A stretch of DNA of 64,000 bases from Eledone cirrhosa (taxonomy: Eukaryota), in contig OZ024743.1 of assembly GCA_964016885.1 (NCBI GenBank), positions 186,434,001-186,498,000 on the forward strand, read 5' to 3'. Within the stretch, counting starts at the first letter, position 1, and the number at the start of each line of letters is the position of its first letter. The notes below the pieces were generated by a model. It searched no databases. It had not been told where the DNA came from and was given only the letters and a program-made list of their open reading frames with translations. The position numbers and the translations under genes were made by a program. Positions 11,501 through 27,165 of the stretch are shown one piece after another.

Positions 11501-14500
11501 ACATAGTATAGCAGTAATAGTTGATGGTAGTGTTACACTCCTAAGTCAGTTCTAACTACTATATCTATAACCTAGTATAACAGTAATAATTGATGGTAGT
11601 GTGTCACTCCTAGGTCAGCTCTAACTACTATATCTATAACATAGCATAACAGTAATAACTGATGGTAGTGTTTCACTCCTAGGTCAGCGCTGACTACTAT
11701 ATCTATAACATAGTATAACAGTAATAATTGATGGTAGTGTTACACTCCTAGGTCACCTCTAACTACTATATCTATAACATAGTATAACAGTAATAATTGA
11801 TGGTAGTGTTTCACTCCTAGGTCAGCTCCGACTACTATATCTATAACATAGTATAACAATAATAATTGATGGTAGTGTTTCACTCCTAAGTCAGCTCTGA
11901 CTACTATATCTATAACATAGTATAACAATAATAATTGATGGTAGTGTTACACTCCTAGGTCACCTCTAACTACTATATCTATAACATATTACAACAGTAA
12001 TAATTGATGGTAGTGTTTCACTCGTAGGTCAGCTCTAACTACTATATCTATAACATAGTATAACAGTAATAATTGATGGTAGTGTTTCACTCCTAAGTCA
12101 GCTCTGACTACTATATCTATAACATAGTATAACAGTAATAATTGATGGTAGGGTTTCACTCCTAGGTCAGCTCTGACTACCATATCTATAACATAGTATA
12201 ACAGTAATAATTGATGGTAGTGTTTCACTCCTACGTCAACTCTAACTCCTATATCTATAACATAGTATAACAGTTATAACTGATGGTAGTGTTTCACTCC
12301 TAAGTTAGCTCTAACTACTATACCTATAACATAGTATAACGGTAATAATTGATGGTAGTGTTTCACTCCTAGATCAGCTCTGACTACTATATCTATAACA
12401 TAGTATAACAGTAATAATTGATGGTAGTGTTTCACTCCTAAGTCAGCTCTAACTACTATATCTATAACATAGTATAACAGTAATAATCGATGGTAGTGTT
12501 TCACTTCTAGGTCAGCCCTAACTACTATATCTATAACATAGTATAACAGTAATAATTGACGGTAGTTTTTCACTCCTAGGTCAGTTCTAACTTCTATATC
12601 TATAACATAGTATAACAGTAATAATTGATGGTAGTGTTTCACTCCTAAGTCAGCTCTAACTACTATATCTATAACATAGTATAACAGTAATAATTGATAG
12701 TAGTGTTTCACTCCTAAGTCAGCTCTAACTACTATATCTATAACATAGTATAACAGTAATAATTGATGGTAGTGTTTCACTCCTAAGTCAGCTCTAACTA
12801 CTATATCTATAACATAGTATAACAGTAATAATTGATGGAAGTGTTTCACTCCTAGGTCAGCTCTAACTATTATATCTATAACATAGTATAACAGTAGTAA
12901 TTGATGGTAGTGTTTCACTCCTAAGTCAGCTCTAACTATTATATCTATAACATAGTATAATAGTAATAAATGATGGTAGTGTTTCACTCCTAAGTCAGCT
13001 CTAACTATTATATCTATAACATAGTATAACAGTAATAATTGATGGTAGTGTTTCACTCCTAAGTCAGCTCTAACTATTATATCTATAACATAGTATAACA
13101 GTAATAATTGAGGGTAGTGTTTCACTCCTAAGTCAGCTCTAACTACTATATCTATAACATAGTGTAACAGTAATAATTGATGGTAGTGTTTCACTCCTAA
13201 GTCAGCTCTAACTACTATATCTATAACATAGTATAACAGTAGTAATTGATGGTAGTGTTTCACTCATAAGTCAGCTCTGACTACTATATCTATAACATAG
13301 TATAACAGTAATAATTGATGGAAGTGTTTCACTCCTAAGTCAGCTCTAACTACTATATCTATAACATAGTATAACAGTAATAATTGATGGTAGTGTTTCA
13401 CTCCTAGGTCAGCTCTGACTACTATATCTATAACATAGTATAACAATAATAATTGATGGTAGAGTTTCACTCCTAAGTCAGCTCTAACTACTATATCTAG
13501 AACATAGTATAACAGTAATAATTGATGGTAGTGTTTAACTCCTAACTAAGCTCTGACTACTATATCTATAACATAGTATAACAGTAATAACTGATGGTAG
13601 TGTTTCACCCCTAAATCAGCGCTAACTACTATATCTATAACATAGTATAACACTAATAATTGATGGTAGTGTTTCACTCCTAGGTCAGTGCTGACTACTA
13701 TATCGATAACATAGTATAGCAGTAATAGTTGATGGTAGTGTTACACTCCTAAGTCAGTTCTAACTACTATATCTATAACCTAGTATAACAGTAATAATTG
13801 ATGGTAGTGTGTCACTCCTAGGTCAGCTCTAACTACTATATCTATAACATAGCATAACAGTAATAACTGATGGTAGTGTTTCACTCCTAGGTCAGCGCTG
13901 ACTACTATATCTATAACATAGTATAACAGTAATAATTGATGGTAGTGTTACACTCCTAGGTCACCTCTAACTACTATATCTATAACATAGTATAACAGTA
14001 ATAATTGATGGTAGTGTTTCACTCCTAGGTCAGCTCCGACTACTATATCTATAACATAGTATAACAATAATAATTGATGGTAGTGTTTCACTCCTAAGTC
14101 AGCTCTGACTACTATATCTATAACATAGTATAACAATAATAATTGATGGTAGTGTTACACTCCTAGGTCACCTCTAACTACTATATCTATAACATATTAC
14201 AACAGTAATAATTGATGGTAGTGTTTCACTCGTAGGTCAGCTCTAACTACTATATCTATAACATAGTATAACAGTAATAATTGATGGTAGTGTTTCACTC
14301 CTAAGTCAGCTCTGACTACTATATCTATAACATAGTATAACAGTAATAATTGATGGTAGTGTTTCACTCCTAGGTCAGCTCTGACTACCATATCTATAAC
14401 ATAGTATAACAGTAATTATTGATGGTAGTGTTTCACTCCTACGTCAACTCTAACTCCTATATCTATAACATAGTATAACAGTTATAACTGATGGTAGTGT

Positions 14501-17500
14501 TTCACTCCTAAGTTAGCTCTAACTACTATATCTATAACATAGTATAACGGTAATAATTGATGGTAGTGTTTCACTCCTAAGTCAGATCTAACTACTATAT
14601 CTATAACATAGTATAACAGTAATAATTGATGGTAGTGTTTCACTCCTAAGTCAGCTCTAACTACTATATCTATAACATAGTATAACAGTAATAATTGATG
14701 GTAGTCTTTCACTCCTAGATCAGCTCTGACTACTATATCTATAACATAGTATAACAGTAATAATTGATGGTAGTGTTTCACTCCTAAGTCAGCTCTAACT
14801 ACTATATCTATAACATAGTATAACAGTAATAATCGATGGTAGTGTTTCACTTCTAGGTCAGCCCTAACTACTATATCTATAACATAGTATAACAGTAATA
14901 ATTGACGGTAGTTTTTCACTCCTAGGTCAGTTCTAACTTCTATATCTATAACATAGTATAACAGTAATAATTGATGGTAGTGTTTCACTCCTAAGTCAGC
15001 TCTAACTACTATATCTATAACATAGTATAACAGTAATAATTGATAGTAGTGTTTCACTCCTAAGTCAGCTCTAACTACTATATCTATAACATAGTATAAC
15101 AGTAATAATTGATGGTAGTGTGTCACTCCTAGGTCAGCTCTAACTACTATATCTATAACATAGCATAACAGTAATAACTGATGGTAGTGTTTCACTCCTA
15201 GGTCAGCTCTGACTACTATATCTATAACATAGCATAACAGTAATAACTGATGGTAGTGTTTCACTCCTAGGTCAGCGCTGACTACTATATCTATAACATA
15301 GTATAACAGTAATAATTGATGGTAGTGTTACACTCCTAGGTCGCCTCTAACTACTATATCTATAACATAGTATAACAGTAATAATTGATGGTAGTGTTTC
15401 ACTTCTAGGTCAGCTCCGACTACTATATCTATAACATAGTATAACAATAATAATTGATGGTAGTGTTTCACTCCTAAGTCAGCTCTGACTACTATATCTA
15501 TAACATAGTATAACAATAATAATTGATGGTAGTGTTACACTCCTAGGTCACCTCTAACTACTATATCTATAACATATTACAACAGTAATAATTGATGGTA
15601 GTGTTTCACTCGTAGGTCAGCTCTAACTACTATATCTATAACATAGTATAACAGTAATAATTGATGGTAGTGTTTCACTCCTAAGTCAGCTCTGACTACT
15701 ATATCTATAACATAGTATAACAGTAATAATTGATGGTAGTGTTTCACTCCTAGGTCAGCTCTGACTACCATATCTATAACATAGTATAACAGTAATAATT
15801 GATGGTAGTGTTTCACTCCTACGTCAACTCTAACTCCTATATCTATAACATAGTATAACAGTAATAACTGATGGTAGTGTTTCACTCCTAAGTTAGCTCT
15901 AACTATTATATCTATAACATAGTATAACGGTAATAATTGATGGTAGTGTTTCACTCCTAACTCAGATCTAACTACTATATCTATAACATAGTATAACAGT
16001 AATAATTGATGGTAGTGTTTCATTCCTAAGTGAGCTCTGACTACTATATCTATACCATAGTATAAGAGTAATAATTGATGGTAGTGTTTCACTCCTAGGT
16101 CAGCTCTGACTACTATATCTATCACATAGTATAACATTAATAGTTGATGATAGTGTTTCACTCCTAGGTCAGCTCTAACTACTATATCTATAACATAGTA
16201 TAACAGTAATAGTTGATGATAGTGTTTCACTCCTAGGTCAGCTCTAACTATTATATCTATAACATAGTATAACAGTAATAATTGATGGTAGTGTTTCACT
16301 CGTACATCAGCTCTTATTATATCTATAACATAGTATAACAGTAATAATTGATGGTAGTGTTTCACTCGTACATCAGCTCTAACTATTATATCTATAACAT
16401 AGTATAACAGTAATAATCGATGGTAGTGTTTCACTACTAAGTCAGCTCTGATTACTATATCTATAACATAGTATAACAGTAATAATCTATGGTAGTGTTT
16501 CACTCCTAGATCAGCTCTAACTATTATATCTATAACATAGTATAACAGTAATAATTGATGGTAGTGTTTCACTCCTAAGTCAGCTCTAACTATTATATCT
16601 ATAACATAGTATAACAGTAATAATTGATGGTAGTGTTTCACGCCTAAGTCAGCTCTAACTACTATATCTATAACATAGTATGACAGTAATAATTGATGGT
16701 AGTGTTTCACTCCTAAGTCAGCTCTAACTATTATATCTATAACATAGTATAACAGTAATAATTGATGGTAGTGTTTCATTCCTAAGTCAGCTCTAACTAT
16801 TATATCTATAACATAGTATAACAGTAATAAATGATGGTAGTGTTTCACTCCTAAGTCAGCTCTAACTATTATATCTATAACATAGTATAATAGTAATAAA
16901 TGATGGTAGTGTTTCACTCCTAAGTCAGCTCTAACTATTATATCTATAACATAGTATAACAGTAATAATTGATGGTAGTGTTTCACTCCTAAGTCAGCTC
17001 TAACTATTATATCTATAACATAGTATAACAGTAATAATTGAGGGTAGTGTTTCACTCCTAAGTCAGCTCTAACTACTATATCTATAACATAGTGTAACAG
17101 TAATAATTGATGGTAGTGTTTCACTCCTAAGTCAGCTCTAACTACTATATCTATAACATAGTATAACAGTAGTAATTGATGGTAGTGTTTCACTCATAAG
17201 TCAGCTCTGACTACTATATCTATAACATAGTATAACAGTAATAATTGATGGAAGTGTTTCACTCCTAAGTCAGCTCTAACTACTATATCTATAACATAGT
17301 ATAACAGTAATAATTGATGGTAGTGTTTCACTCCTAAGTCAGCTCTAACTACTATATCTATAACACAGTGTAACAGTAATAATTGATGGTAGTGTTTCAC
17401 TCCTAGGTCAGCTCTAACTACTATATATATAACATAGTATAACAGTAATAATTGATGGTAGTGTTTCACTCCTAGGTCAGCTCTAACTACTATATCTATA

Positions 17501-20500
17501 ACATAGTATAAAAGTAATAATTGATGGTAGTGTTTCACTCCTAAGTCAACTCTAACTACTATATCTATAACATAGTACAACAGTAATAATTGATGGTAGT
17601 GTTTCACTCCTAGGTCAGCTCTGACTACTATATCTATAACATAGTATAACAATAATAATTGATGGTAGAGTTTCACTCCTAAGTCAGCTCTAACTACTAT
17701 ATCTATAACATAGTATAACAGTAATAATTGATGGTAGTGTTTAACTCCTAACTAAGCTCTGACTACTATATCTATAACATAGTATAACAGTAATAACTGA
17801 TGGTAGTGTTTCACCCCTAAATCAGCGCTAACTACTATATCTATAACATAGTATAACACTAATAATTGATGGTAGTGTTTCACTCCTAGGTCAGTGCTGA
17901 CTACTATATCGATAACATAGTATAGCAGTAATAGTTGATGGTAGTGTTACACTCCTAAGTCAGCTCTGACTACTATATCTATAACCTAGTATAACAGTAA
18001 TAATTGATGGTAGTGTGTCACTCCTAGGTCAGCTCTAACTACTATATCTATAACATAGCATAACAGTAATAACTGATGGTAGTGTTTCACTCCTAGGTCA
18101 GCACTGACTACTATATCTATAACATAGTATAACAGTAATAATTGATGGTAGTGTTACACTCCTAGGTCACCTCTAACTACTATATCTATAACATAGTATA
18201 ACAGTAATAATTGATGGTAGTGTTTCACTCCTAGGTCAGCTCCGACTACTATATCTATAACATAGTATAACAATAATAATTGATGGTAGTGTTTCACTCC
18301 TAAGTCAGCTCTGACTACTATATCTATAACATAGTATAACAATAATAATTGATGGTAGTGTTACACTCCTAGGTCACCTCTAACTACTATATCTATAACA
18401 TATTACAACAGTAATAATTGATGGTAGTGTTTCACTCGTAGGTCAGCTCTAACTACTATATCTATAACATAGTATAACAGTAATAATTGATGGTAGTGTT
18501 TCACTCCTAAGTCAGCTCTGACTACTATATCTATAACATAGTATAACAGTAATAATTGATGGTAGTGTTTCACTCCTAGGTCAGCTCTGACTACCATATC
18601 TATAACATAGTATAACAGTAATAATTGATGGTAGTGTTTCACTCCTACGTCAACTCTAACTCCTATATCTATAACATAGTATAACAGTTATAACTGATGG
18701 TAGTGTTTCACTCCTAAGTTAGCTCTAACTACTATATCTATAACATAGTATAACGGTAATAATTGATGGTAGTGTTTCACTCCTAAGTCAGATCTAACTA
18801 CTATATCTATAACATAGTATAACAGTAATAATTGATGGTAGTGTTTCACTCCTAAGTCAGCTCTAACTACTATATCTATAACATAGTATAACAGTAATAA
18901 TTGATGGTAGTCTTTCACTCCTAGATCAGCTCTGACTACTATATCTATAACATAGTATAACAGTAATAATTGATGGTAGTGTTTCACTCCTAAGTCAGCT
19001 CTAACTACTATATCTATAACATTGTATAACAGTAATAATCGATGGTAGTGTTTCACTTCTAGGTCAGCCCTAACTACTATATCTATAACATAGTATAACA
19101 GTAATAATTGACGGTAGTTTTTCACTCCTAGGTCAGTTCTAACTTCTATATCTATAACATAGTATAACAGTAATAATTGATGGTAGTGTTTCACTCCTAA
19201 GTCAGCTCTAACTACTATATCTATAACATAGTATAACAGTAATAATTGATAGTAGTGTTTCACTCCTAAGTCAGCTCTAACTACTATATCTATAACATAG
19301 TATAACAGTAATAATTGATGGTAGTGTTTCACTCCTAAGTCAGCTCTAACTACTATATCTATAACATAGTATAACAGTAATAATTGATGGAAGTGTTTCA
19401 CTCCTAGGTCAGCTCTAACTATTATATCTATAAAATAGTATAACAGTAGTAATTGATGGTAGTGTTTCACTCCTAAGTCAGCTCTAACTATTATATCTAT
19501 AACATAGTATAATAGTAATAAATGATGGTAGTGTTTCACTCCTAAGTCAGCTCTAACTATTATATCTATAACATAGTATAACAGTAATAATTGATGGTAG
19601 TGTTTCACTCCTAAGTCAGCTCTAACTATTATATCTATAACATAGTATAACAGTAATAAATGAGGGTAGTGTTTCACTCCTAAGTCAGCTCTAACTACTA
19701 TATCTATAACATAGTGTAACAGTAATAATTGATGGTAGTGTTTCACTCCTAAGTCAGCTCTAACTACTATATCTATAACATAGTATAACAGTAGTAATTG
19801 ATGGTAGTGTTTCACTCATAAGTCAGCTCTGACTACTATATCTATAACATAGTATAACAGTAATAATTGATGGAAGTGTTTCACTCCTAAGTCAGCTCTA
19901 ACTACTATATCTATAACATAGTATAACAGTAATAATTGATGGTAGTGTTTCACTCCTAAGTCAGCTCTAACTACTATATCTATAACACAGTGTAACAGTA
20001 ATAATTGATGGTAGTGTTTCACTCCTAGGTCAGCTCTAACTACTATATATATAACATAGTATAACAGTAATAATTGATGGTAGTGTTTCACTCCTAGGTC
20101 AGCTCTAACTACTATATCTATAACATAGTATAAAAGTAATAATTGATGGTAGTGTTTCACTCCTAAGTCAACTCTAACTACTATATCTATAACATAGTAC
20201 AACAGTAATAATTGATGGTAGTGTTTCACTCCTAGGTCAGCTCTGACTACTATATCTATAACATAGTATAACAATAATAATTGATGGTAGGGTTTCACTC
20301 CTAAGTCAGCTCTAACTACTATATCTATAACATAGTATAACAGTAATAATTGATGGTAGTGTTTAACTCCTAACTAAGCTCTGACTACTATATCTATAAC
20401 ATAGTATAACAGTAATAACTGATGGTAGTGTTTCACCCCTAAATCAGCGCTAACTACTATATCTATAACATAGTATAACACTAATAATTGATGGTAGTGT

Positions 20501-20730
20501 TTCACTCCTAGGTCAGTGCTGACTACTATATCGATAACATAGTATAGCAGTAATAGTTGATGGTAGTGTTACACTCCTAAGTCAGTTCTAACTACTATAT
20601 CTATAACCTAGTATAACAGTAATAATTGATGGTAGTGTGTCACTCCTAGGTCAGCTCTAACTACTATATCTATAACATAGCATAACAGTAATAACTGATG
20701 GTAGTGTTTCACTCCTAGGTCAGCGCTGAC
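8520..20730. repeat. Five copies of a variant-marked higher-order block with variable period
   Basis: The series GTAGAG (GTAGGG in the last copy), CCTAACTAAG, CCCCTAAATCAGCGC, GTCAGTGCTG..TATCGAT..TATAGC, AACCTAG, GTGTCAC..AGCATA lies at about 8560, 11250, 13460, 17665 and 20290. Offsets from matching ORF ends are 2690, 2208, 4206 and 2622 bp (39, 32, 61 and 38 monomers, allowing for indels). Confidence 0.85.
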
Positions 20731-23700
20731 TACTATATCTATAACATAGTATAACAGTAATAATTGATGGTAGTGTTACACTCCTAGGTCGCCTCTAACT
20801 ACTATATCTATAACATAGTATAACAGTAATAATTGATGGTAGTGTTTCACTTCTAGGTCAGCTCCGACTACTATATCTATAACATAGTATAACAATAATA
20901 ATTGATGGTAGTGTTTCACTACTAAGTCAGCTCTGACTACTATATCTATAACATAGTATAACAGTAATAATTTGATGGTAGTGTTTCACTCCTAAGTCAG
21001 CTCTGACTACTATATCTATAACATAGTATAACAATAATAATTGATGGTAGTGTTACACTCCTAGGTCACCTCTAACTACTATATCTATAACATATTACAA
21101 CAGTAATAATTGATGGTAGTGTTTCACTCGTAGGTCAGCTCTAACTACTATATCTATAACATAGTATAACAGTAATAATTGATGGTAGTGTTTCACTCCT
21201 AAGTCAGCTCTGACTACTATATCTATAACATAGTATAACAGTAATAATTGATGGTAGTGTTTCACTCCTAGGTCAGCTCTGACTACCATATCTACAACAT
21301 AGTATAACAGTAATAATTGATGGTAGTGTTTCACTCCTACGTCAACTCTAACTCCTATATCTATAACATAGTATAACAGTAATAACTGATGGTAGTGTTT
21401 CACTCCTAAGTTAGCTCTAACTATTATATCTATAACATAGTATAACGGTAATAATTGATGGTAGTGTTTCACTCCTAACTCAGATCTAACTACTATATCT
21501 ATAACATAGTATAACAGTAATAATTGATGGTAGTGTTTCATTCCTAAGTGAGCTCTGACTACTATATCTATACCATAGTATAAGAGTAATAATTGATGGT
21601 AGTGTTTCACTCCTAGGTCAGCTCTGACTACTATATCTATCACATAGTATAACATTAATAGTTGATGATAGTGTTTCACTCCTAGGTCAGCTCTAACTAC
21701 TATATCTATAACATAGTATAACAGTAATAGTTGATGATAGTGTTTCACTCCTAGGTCAGCTCTAACTATTATATCTATAACATAGTATAACAGTAATAAT
21801 TGATGGTAGTGTTTCACTCGTACATCAGCTCTTATTATATCTATAACATAGTATAACAGTAATAATTGATGGTAGTGTTTCACTTGTACATCAGCTCTAA
21901 CTATTATATCTATAACATAGTATAACAGTAATAATCGATGGTAGTGTTTCACTACTAAGTCAGCTCTGATTACTATATCTATAACATAGTATAACAGTAA
22001 TAATCTATGGTAGTGTTTCACTCCTAGATCAGCTCTAACTATTATATCTATAACATAGTATAACAGTAATAATTGATGGTAGTGTTTCACTCCTAAGTCA
22101 GCTCTAACTATTATATCTATAACATAGTATAACAGTAATAATTGATGGTAGTGTTTCACGCCTAAGTCAGCTCTAACTACTATATCTATAACATAGTATG
22201 ACAGTAATAATTGATGGTAGTGTTTCACTCCTAAGTCAGCTCTAACTATTATATCTATAACATAGTATAACAGTAATAATTGATGGTAGTGTTTCATTCC
22301 TAAGTCAGCTCTAACTATTATATCTATAACATAGTATAACAGTAATAAATGATGGTAGTGTTTCACTCCTAAGTCAGCTCTAACTATTATATCTATAACA
22401 TAGTATAACAGTAATAATTGATGGTAGTGTTTCACTCCTAAGTCAGCTCTAACTATTATATCTATAACATAGTATAACAGTAATAATTGATGGTAGTGTT
22501 TCACTCCTAGGTCATCTGTGACTACTATATCTATAACATAGTATAACAGTAATAATTGATGGTAGTGTTTCACTCCTAGGTCAGCTCTAACTACTATATC
22601 TATAACATAATATAACAGTAATAATTGATGGTAGTGTTTAACTCCTAAGTCAGCTCTGACTATTATATCTATAACATAGTATAACAGAAATAATTGATGG
22701 TAGTGTTTCACTCCTAAGTCATCTCTAACTACTATATCTATAACATAGTATAACAGTAATAACTGATGGTAGTGTTTCACTCCTAGGTCTGCTCTAACTA
22801 CTATATCTATAACATAGTATAACAGTAATAATTGATGGTAGTGTTTGACTCCTAAGTCAGCTCTAACTACTATATCTATAACATAGTATAACAGTAATAA
22901 CTGATGGTAGTGTTTCACTCCTAGGTCTGCTCTAACTACTATATCTATAACATAGTATAACAGTAATAATTGATGGTAGTGTTTCACTCCTAGCTCAGCT
23001 CCAACTACTATTCTATAACTTAATATAACAGTAATAACTGATGGTAATGTTACACTCCTAAGTCAGCTCTAACTACTATATCTATAACATAGTATAACAG
23101 TAATAATTGATGGTAGTGTGTCACTCCTAGGTCAGCTCTAACTACTATATCTATAACATAGCATAACAGTAATAACTGATGGTAGTGTTTCACTCCTAGG
23201 TCAGCGCTGACTACTATATCTATAACATAGTATAACAGTAATAATTGATGGTAGTGTTACACTCCTAGGTCGCCTCTAACTACTATATCTATAACATAGT
23301 ATAACAGTAATAATTGATGGTAGTGTTTCACTTCTAGGTCAGCTCCGACTACTATATCTATAACATAGTATAACAATAATAATTGATGGTAGTGTTTCAC
23401 TACTAAGTCAGCTCTGACTACTATATCTATAACATAGTATAACAGTAATAATTTGATGGTAGTGTTTCACTCCTAAGTCAGCTCTGACTACTATATCTAT
23501 AACATAGTATAACAATAATAATTGATGGTAGTGTTACACTCCTAGGTCACCTCTAACTACTATATCTTTAACATATTACAACAGTAATAATTGATGGTAG
23601 TGTTTCACTCGTAGGTCAGCTCTAACTACTATATCTATAACATAGTATAACAGTAATAATTGATGGTAGTGTTTCACTCCTAAGTCAGCTCTGACTACTA

Positions 23701-25554
23701 TATCTATAACATAGTATAACAGTAATAATTGATGGTAGTGTTTCACTCCTAGGTCAGCTCTGACTACCATATCTACAACATAGTATAACAGTAATAATTG
23801 ATGGTAGTGTTTCACTCCTACGTCAACTCTAACTCCTATATCTATAACATAGTATAACAGTAATAACTGATGGTAGTGTTTCACTCCTAAGTTAGCTCTA
23901 ACTATTATATCTATAACATAGTATAACGGTAATAATTGATGGTAGTGTTTCACTCCTAACTCAGATCTAACTACTATATCTATAACATAGTATAACAGTA
24001 ATAATTGATGGTAGTGTTTCATTCCTAAGTGAGCTCTGACTACTATATCTATACCATAGTATAAGAGTAATAATTGATGGTAGTGTTTCACTCCTAGGTC
24101 AGCTCTGACTACTATATCTATCACATAGTATAACATTAATAGTTGATGATAGTGTTTCACTCCTAGGTCAGCTCTAACTACTATATCTATAACATAGTAT
24201 AACAGTAATAGTTGATGATAGTGTTTCACTCCTAGGTCAGCTCTAACTATTATATCTATAACATAGTATAACAGTAATAATTGATGGTAGTGTTTCACTC
24301 GTACATCAGCTCTTATTATATCTATAACATAGTATAACAGTAATAATTGATGGTAGTGTTTCACTTGTACATCAGCTCTAACTATTATATCTATAACATA
24401 GTATAACAGTAATAATCGATGGTAGTGTTTCACTACTAAGTCAGCTCTGATTACTATATCTATAACATAGTATAACAGTAATAATCTATGGTAGTGTTTC
24501 ACTCCTAGATCAGCTCTAACTATTATATCTATAACATAGTATAACAGTAATAATTGATGGTAGTGTTTCACTCCTAAGTCAGCTCTAACTATTATATCTA
24601 TAACATAGTATAACAGTAATAATTGATGGTAGTGTTTCACGCCTAAGTCAGCTCTAACTACTATATCTATAACATAGTATGACAGTAATAATTGATGGTA
24701 GTGTTTCACTCCTAAGTCAGCTCTAACTATTATATCTATAACATAGTATAACAGTAATAATTGATGGTAGTGTTTCATTCCTAAGTCAGCTCTAACTATT
24801 ATATCTATAACATAGTATAACAGTAATAAATGATGGTAGTGTTTCACTCCTAAGTCAGCTCTAACTATTATATCTATAACATAGTATAACAGTAATAATT
24901 GATGGTAGTGTTTCACTCCTAAGTCAGCTCTAACTATTATATCTATAACATAGTATAACAGTAATAATTGATGGTAGTGTTTCACTCCTAGGTCATCTGT
25001 GACTACTATATCTATAACATAGTATAACAGTAATAATTGATGGTAGTGTTTCACTCCTAGGTCAGCTCTAACTACTATATCTATAACATAATATAACAGT
25101 AATAATTGATGGTAGTGTTTAACTCCTAAGTCAGCTCTGACTATTATATCTATAACATAGTATAACAGAAATAATTGATGGTAGTGTTTCACTCCTAAGT
25201 CATCTCTAACTACTATATCTATAACATAGTATAACAGTAATAACTGATGGTAGTGTTTCACTCCTAGGTCTGCTCTAACTACTATATCTATAACATAGTA
25301 TAACAGTAATAATTGATGGTAGTGTTTGACTCCTAAGTCAGCTCTAACTACTATATCTATAACATAGTATAACAGTAATAACTGATGGTAGTGTTTCACT
25401 CCTAGGTCTGCTCTAACTACTATATCTATAACATAGTATAACAGTAATAATTGATGGTAGTGTTTCACTCCTAGCTCAGCTCCAACTACTATTCTATAAC
25501 TTAATATAACAGTAATAACTGATGGTAATGTTACACTCCTAAGTCAGCTCTAAC
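20610..25554. repeat. Near-identical tandem duplication of a 36-monomer (2481-bp) unit
   Basis: ORFs 21095..22987 and 23576..25468 translate identically at offset 2481 = 36x69-3. Both copies share the +T (about 20971/23452), the 3-bp deletion (about 21830/24312) and the -1 (about 23010/25491). I noticed one substitution, at about 23568. Confidence 0.92.
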
Positions 25555-26759
25555 CACTATATCTATAACATAGTATAACAGTAATAATTGATGGTAGTGT
25601 TTCACTCCTAGGTCAGCTCTAACTACTATATCTATAACATAGTATAACAGTAATAACTGATGTTAGTGTTACACTCCTAAGTCAGCTCTAACTACTATAT
25701 TTATAACATAGTATAACAGTAATAATTGATGGTAGTGTTACACTCCTAAGTCAGCTCTAACTACTATATCTATAACATAGTATAACAGTAATAATTGATG
25801 GTTTTGTTTCACTCCTAGGTCAGCTCTAACTACAATATCTATAACATAGTATAACAGAAATAATTGATGGTAGTGTTTCATTCCTAAGTCAGCTCTGACT
25901 ACTATATATATATCATAGTACAACAGTAATAATTGATGGTAGTGTTTCACTCCTAGATCAGCTCTAACTACTATATCTATAACATAGTATAATAGTAATA
26001 ATTGATGGTAGTGTTTCACTCCTAATTCAGCTCTAACTACTATATCTATAACATAGTATAACAGTAATAATTGATGGTAGTGTTACACTCCTAAGTCAGC
26101 TCTAACTACTATATCTATAACATAGTATAACAGTCATAATTGATGATAGTGTTTCACTCCTAGTTCAGCTCTAACTACTATATCTATAACATAGTATAAC
26201 AGTAATAATTGATGGTAGTGTAACACTCCTAAGTCAGCTCTAACTACTTTATCTATAACATAGTATAACAGTAATAACTGATGGTAGTGTTTCACTCCTA
26301 GGTCTGCTCTAACTACTATATCTATAACATAGTATAACAGTAATAATTGATGGTAGTGTTTCACTCCTAGGTCAGCTCTAACTACTATATCTATAACATA
26401 GTATAACAGTAATAACTGATGGTAGTGTTACACTCCTAAGTCAGCTCTGATTACTATATCTATAACATAGTATAACAGTAATAACTGATGGTAGTGTTTC
26501 ACTCCTAGGTCAGCTCTAACTACTATATCTATAACGTAGTATAACAGTAATAATTGATATGTAGTGTTTCACTCCTAGGTCAGCTCTAACTACTATATCT
26601 ATAACATAGTATAACAGTAATAATTGATGGTAGTGTTTCACTCGCAGGTCAGCTCTGACTACTATATCTATAACATAGTATAACAGTAATAAATGATGGT
26701 AGTGTTACACTCCTAAGTCAGCTCTAACTTCTATATCTATAACATAGTATAACAGTAAT

Positions 26760-27165
26760 AATTGATGGTAGTGTTTCACTCCTAAGTCAGCTCTAACTTC
26801 TATATCTATAACATAGTATAACAGTAATAACTGATGGTAGTGTTTCACCCCCTAAATCAGCGCTAACTACTATATCTATAACATAGTATAACAGTAATAA
26901 TTGATGGTAGTGTTTCACTCCTAGGTCAGCTCTGACTACTATATCTATAACATAGTATAACAGTAATAATTGATGGTAGTGTTTCACTCCTAAGTCAGCT
27001 CTAACTTCTATATCTATAACATAGTATAACAGTAATAACTGATGGTAGTGTTTCACCCCCTAAATCAGCGCTAACTACTATATCTATAACATAGTATAAC
27101 AGTAATAATTGATGGTAGTGTTTCACTCCTAGGTCAGCTCTGACTACTATATCTATAACATAGTA
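26760..27165. repeat. Direct tandem duplication of a 3-monomer (208-bp) unit carrying a +C
   Basis: AACTTCTA followed by CACCCCCTAAATCAGCGC (five Cs) occurs at about 26795-26862 and about 27003-27070. Offset 208 = 3x69+1. Confidence 0.8.
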
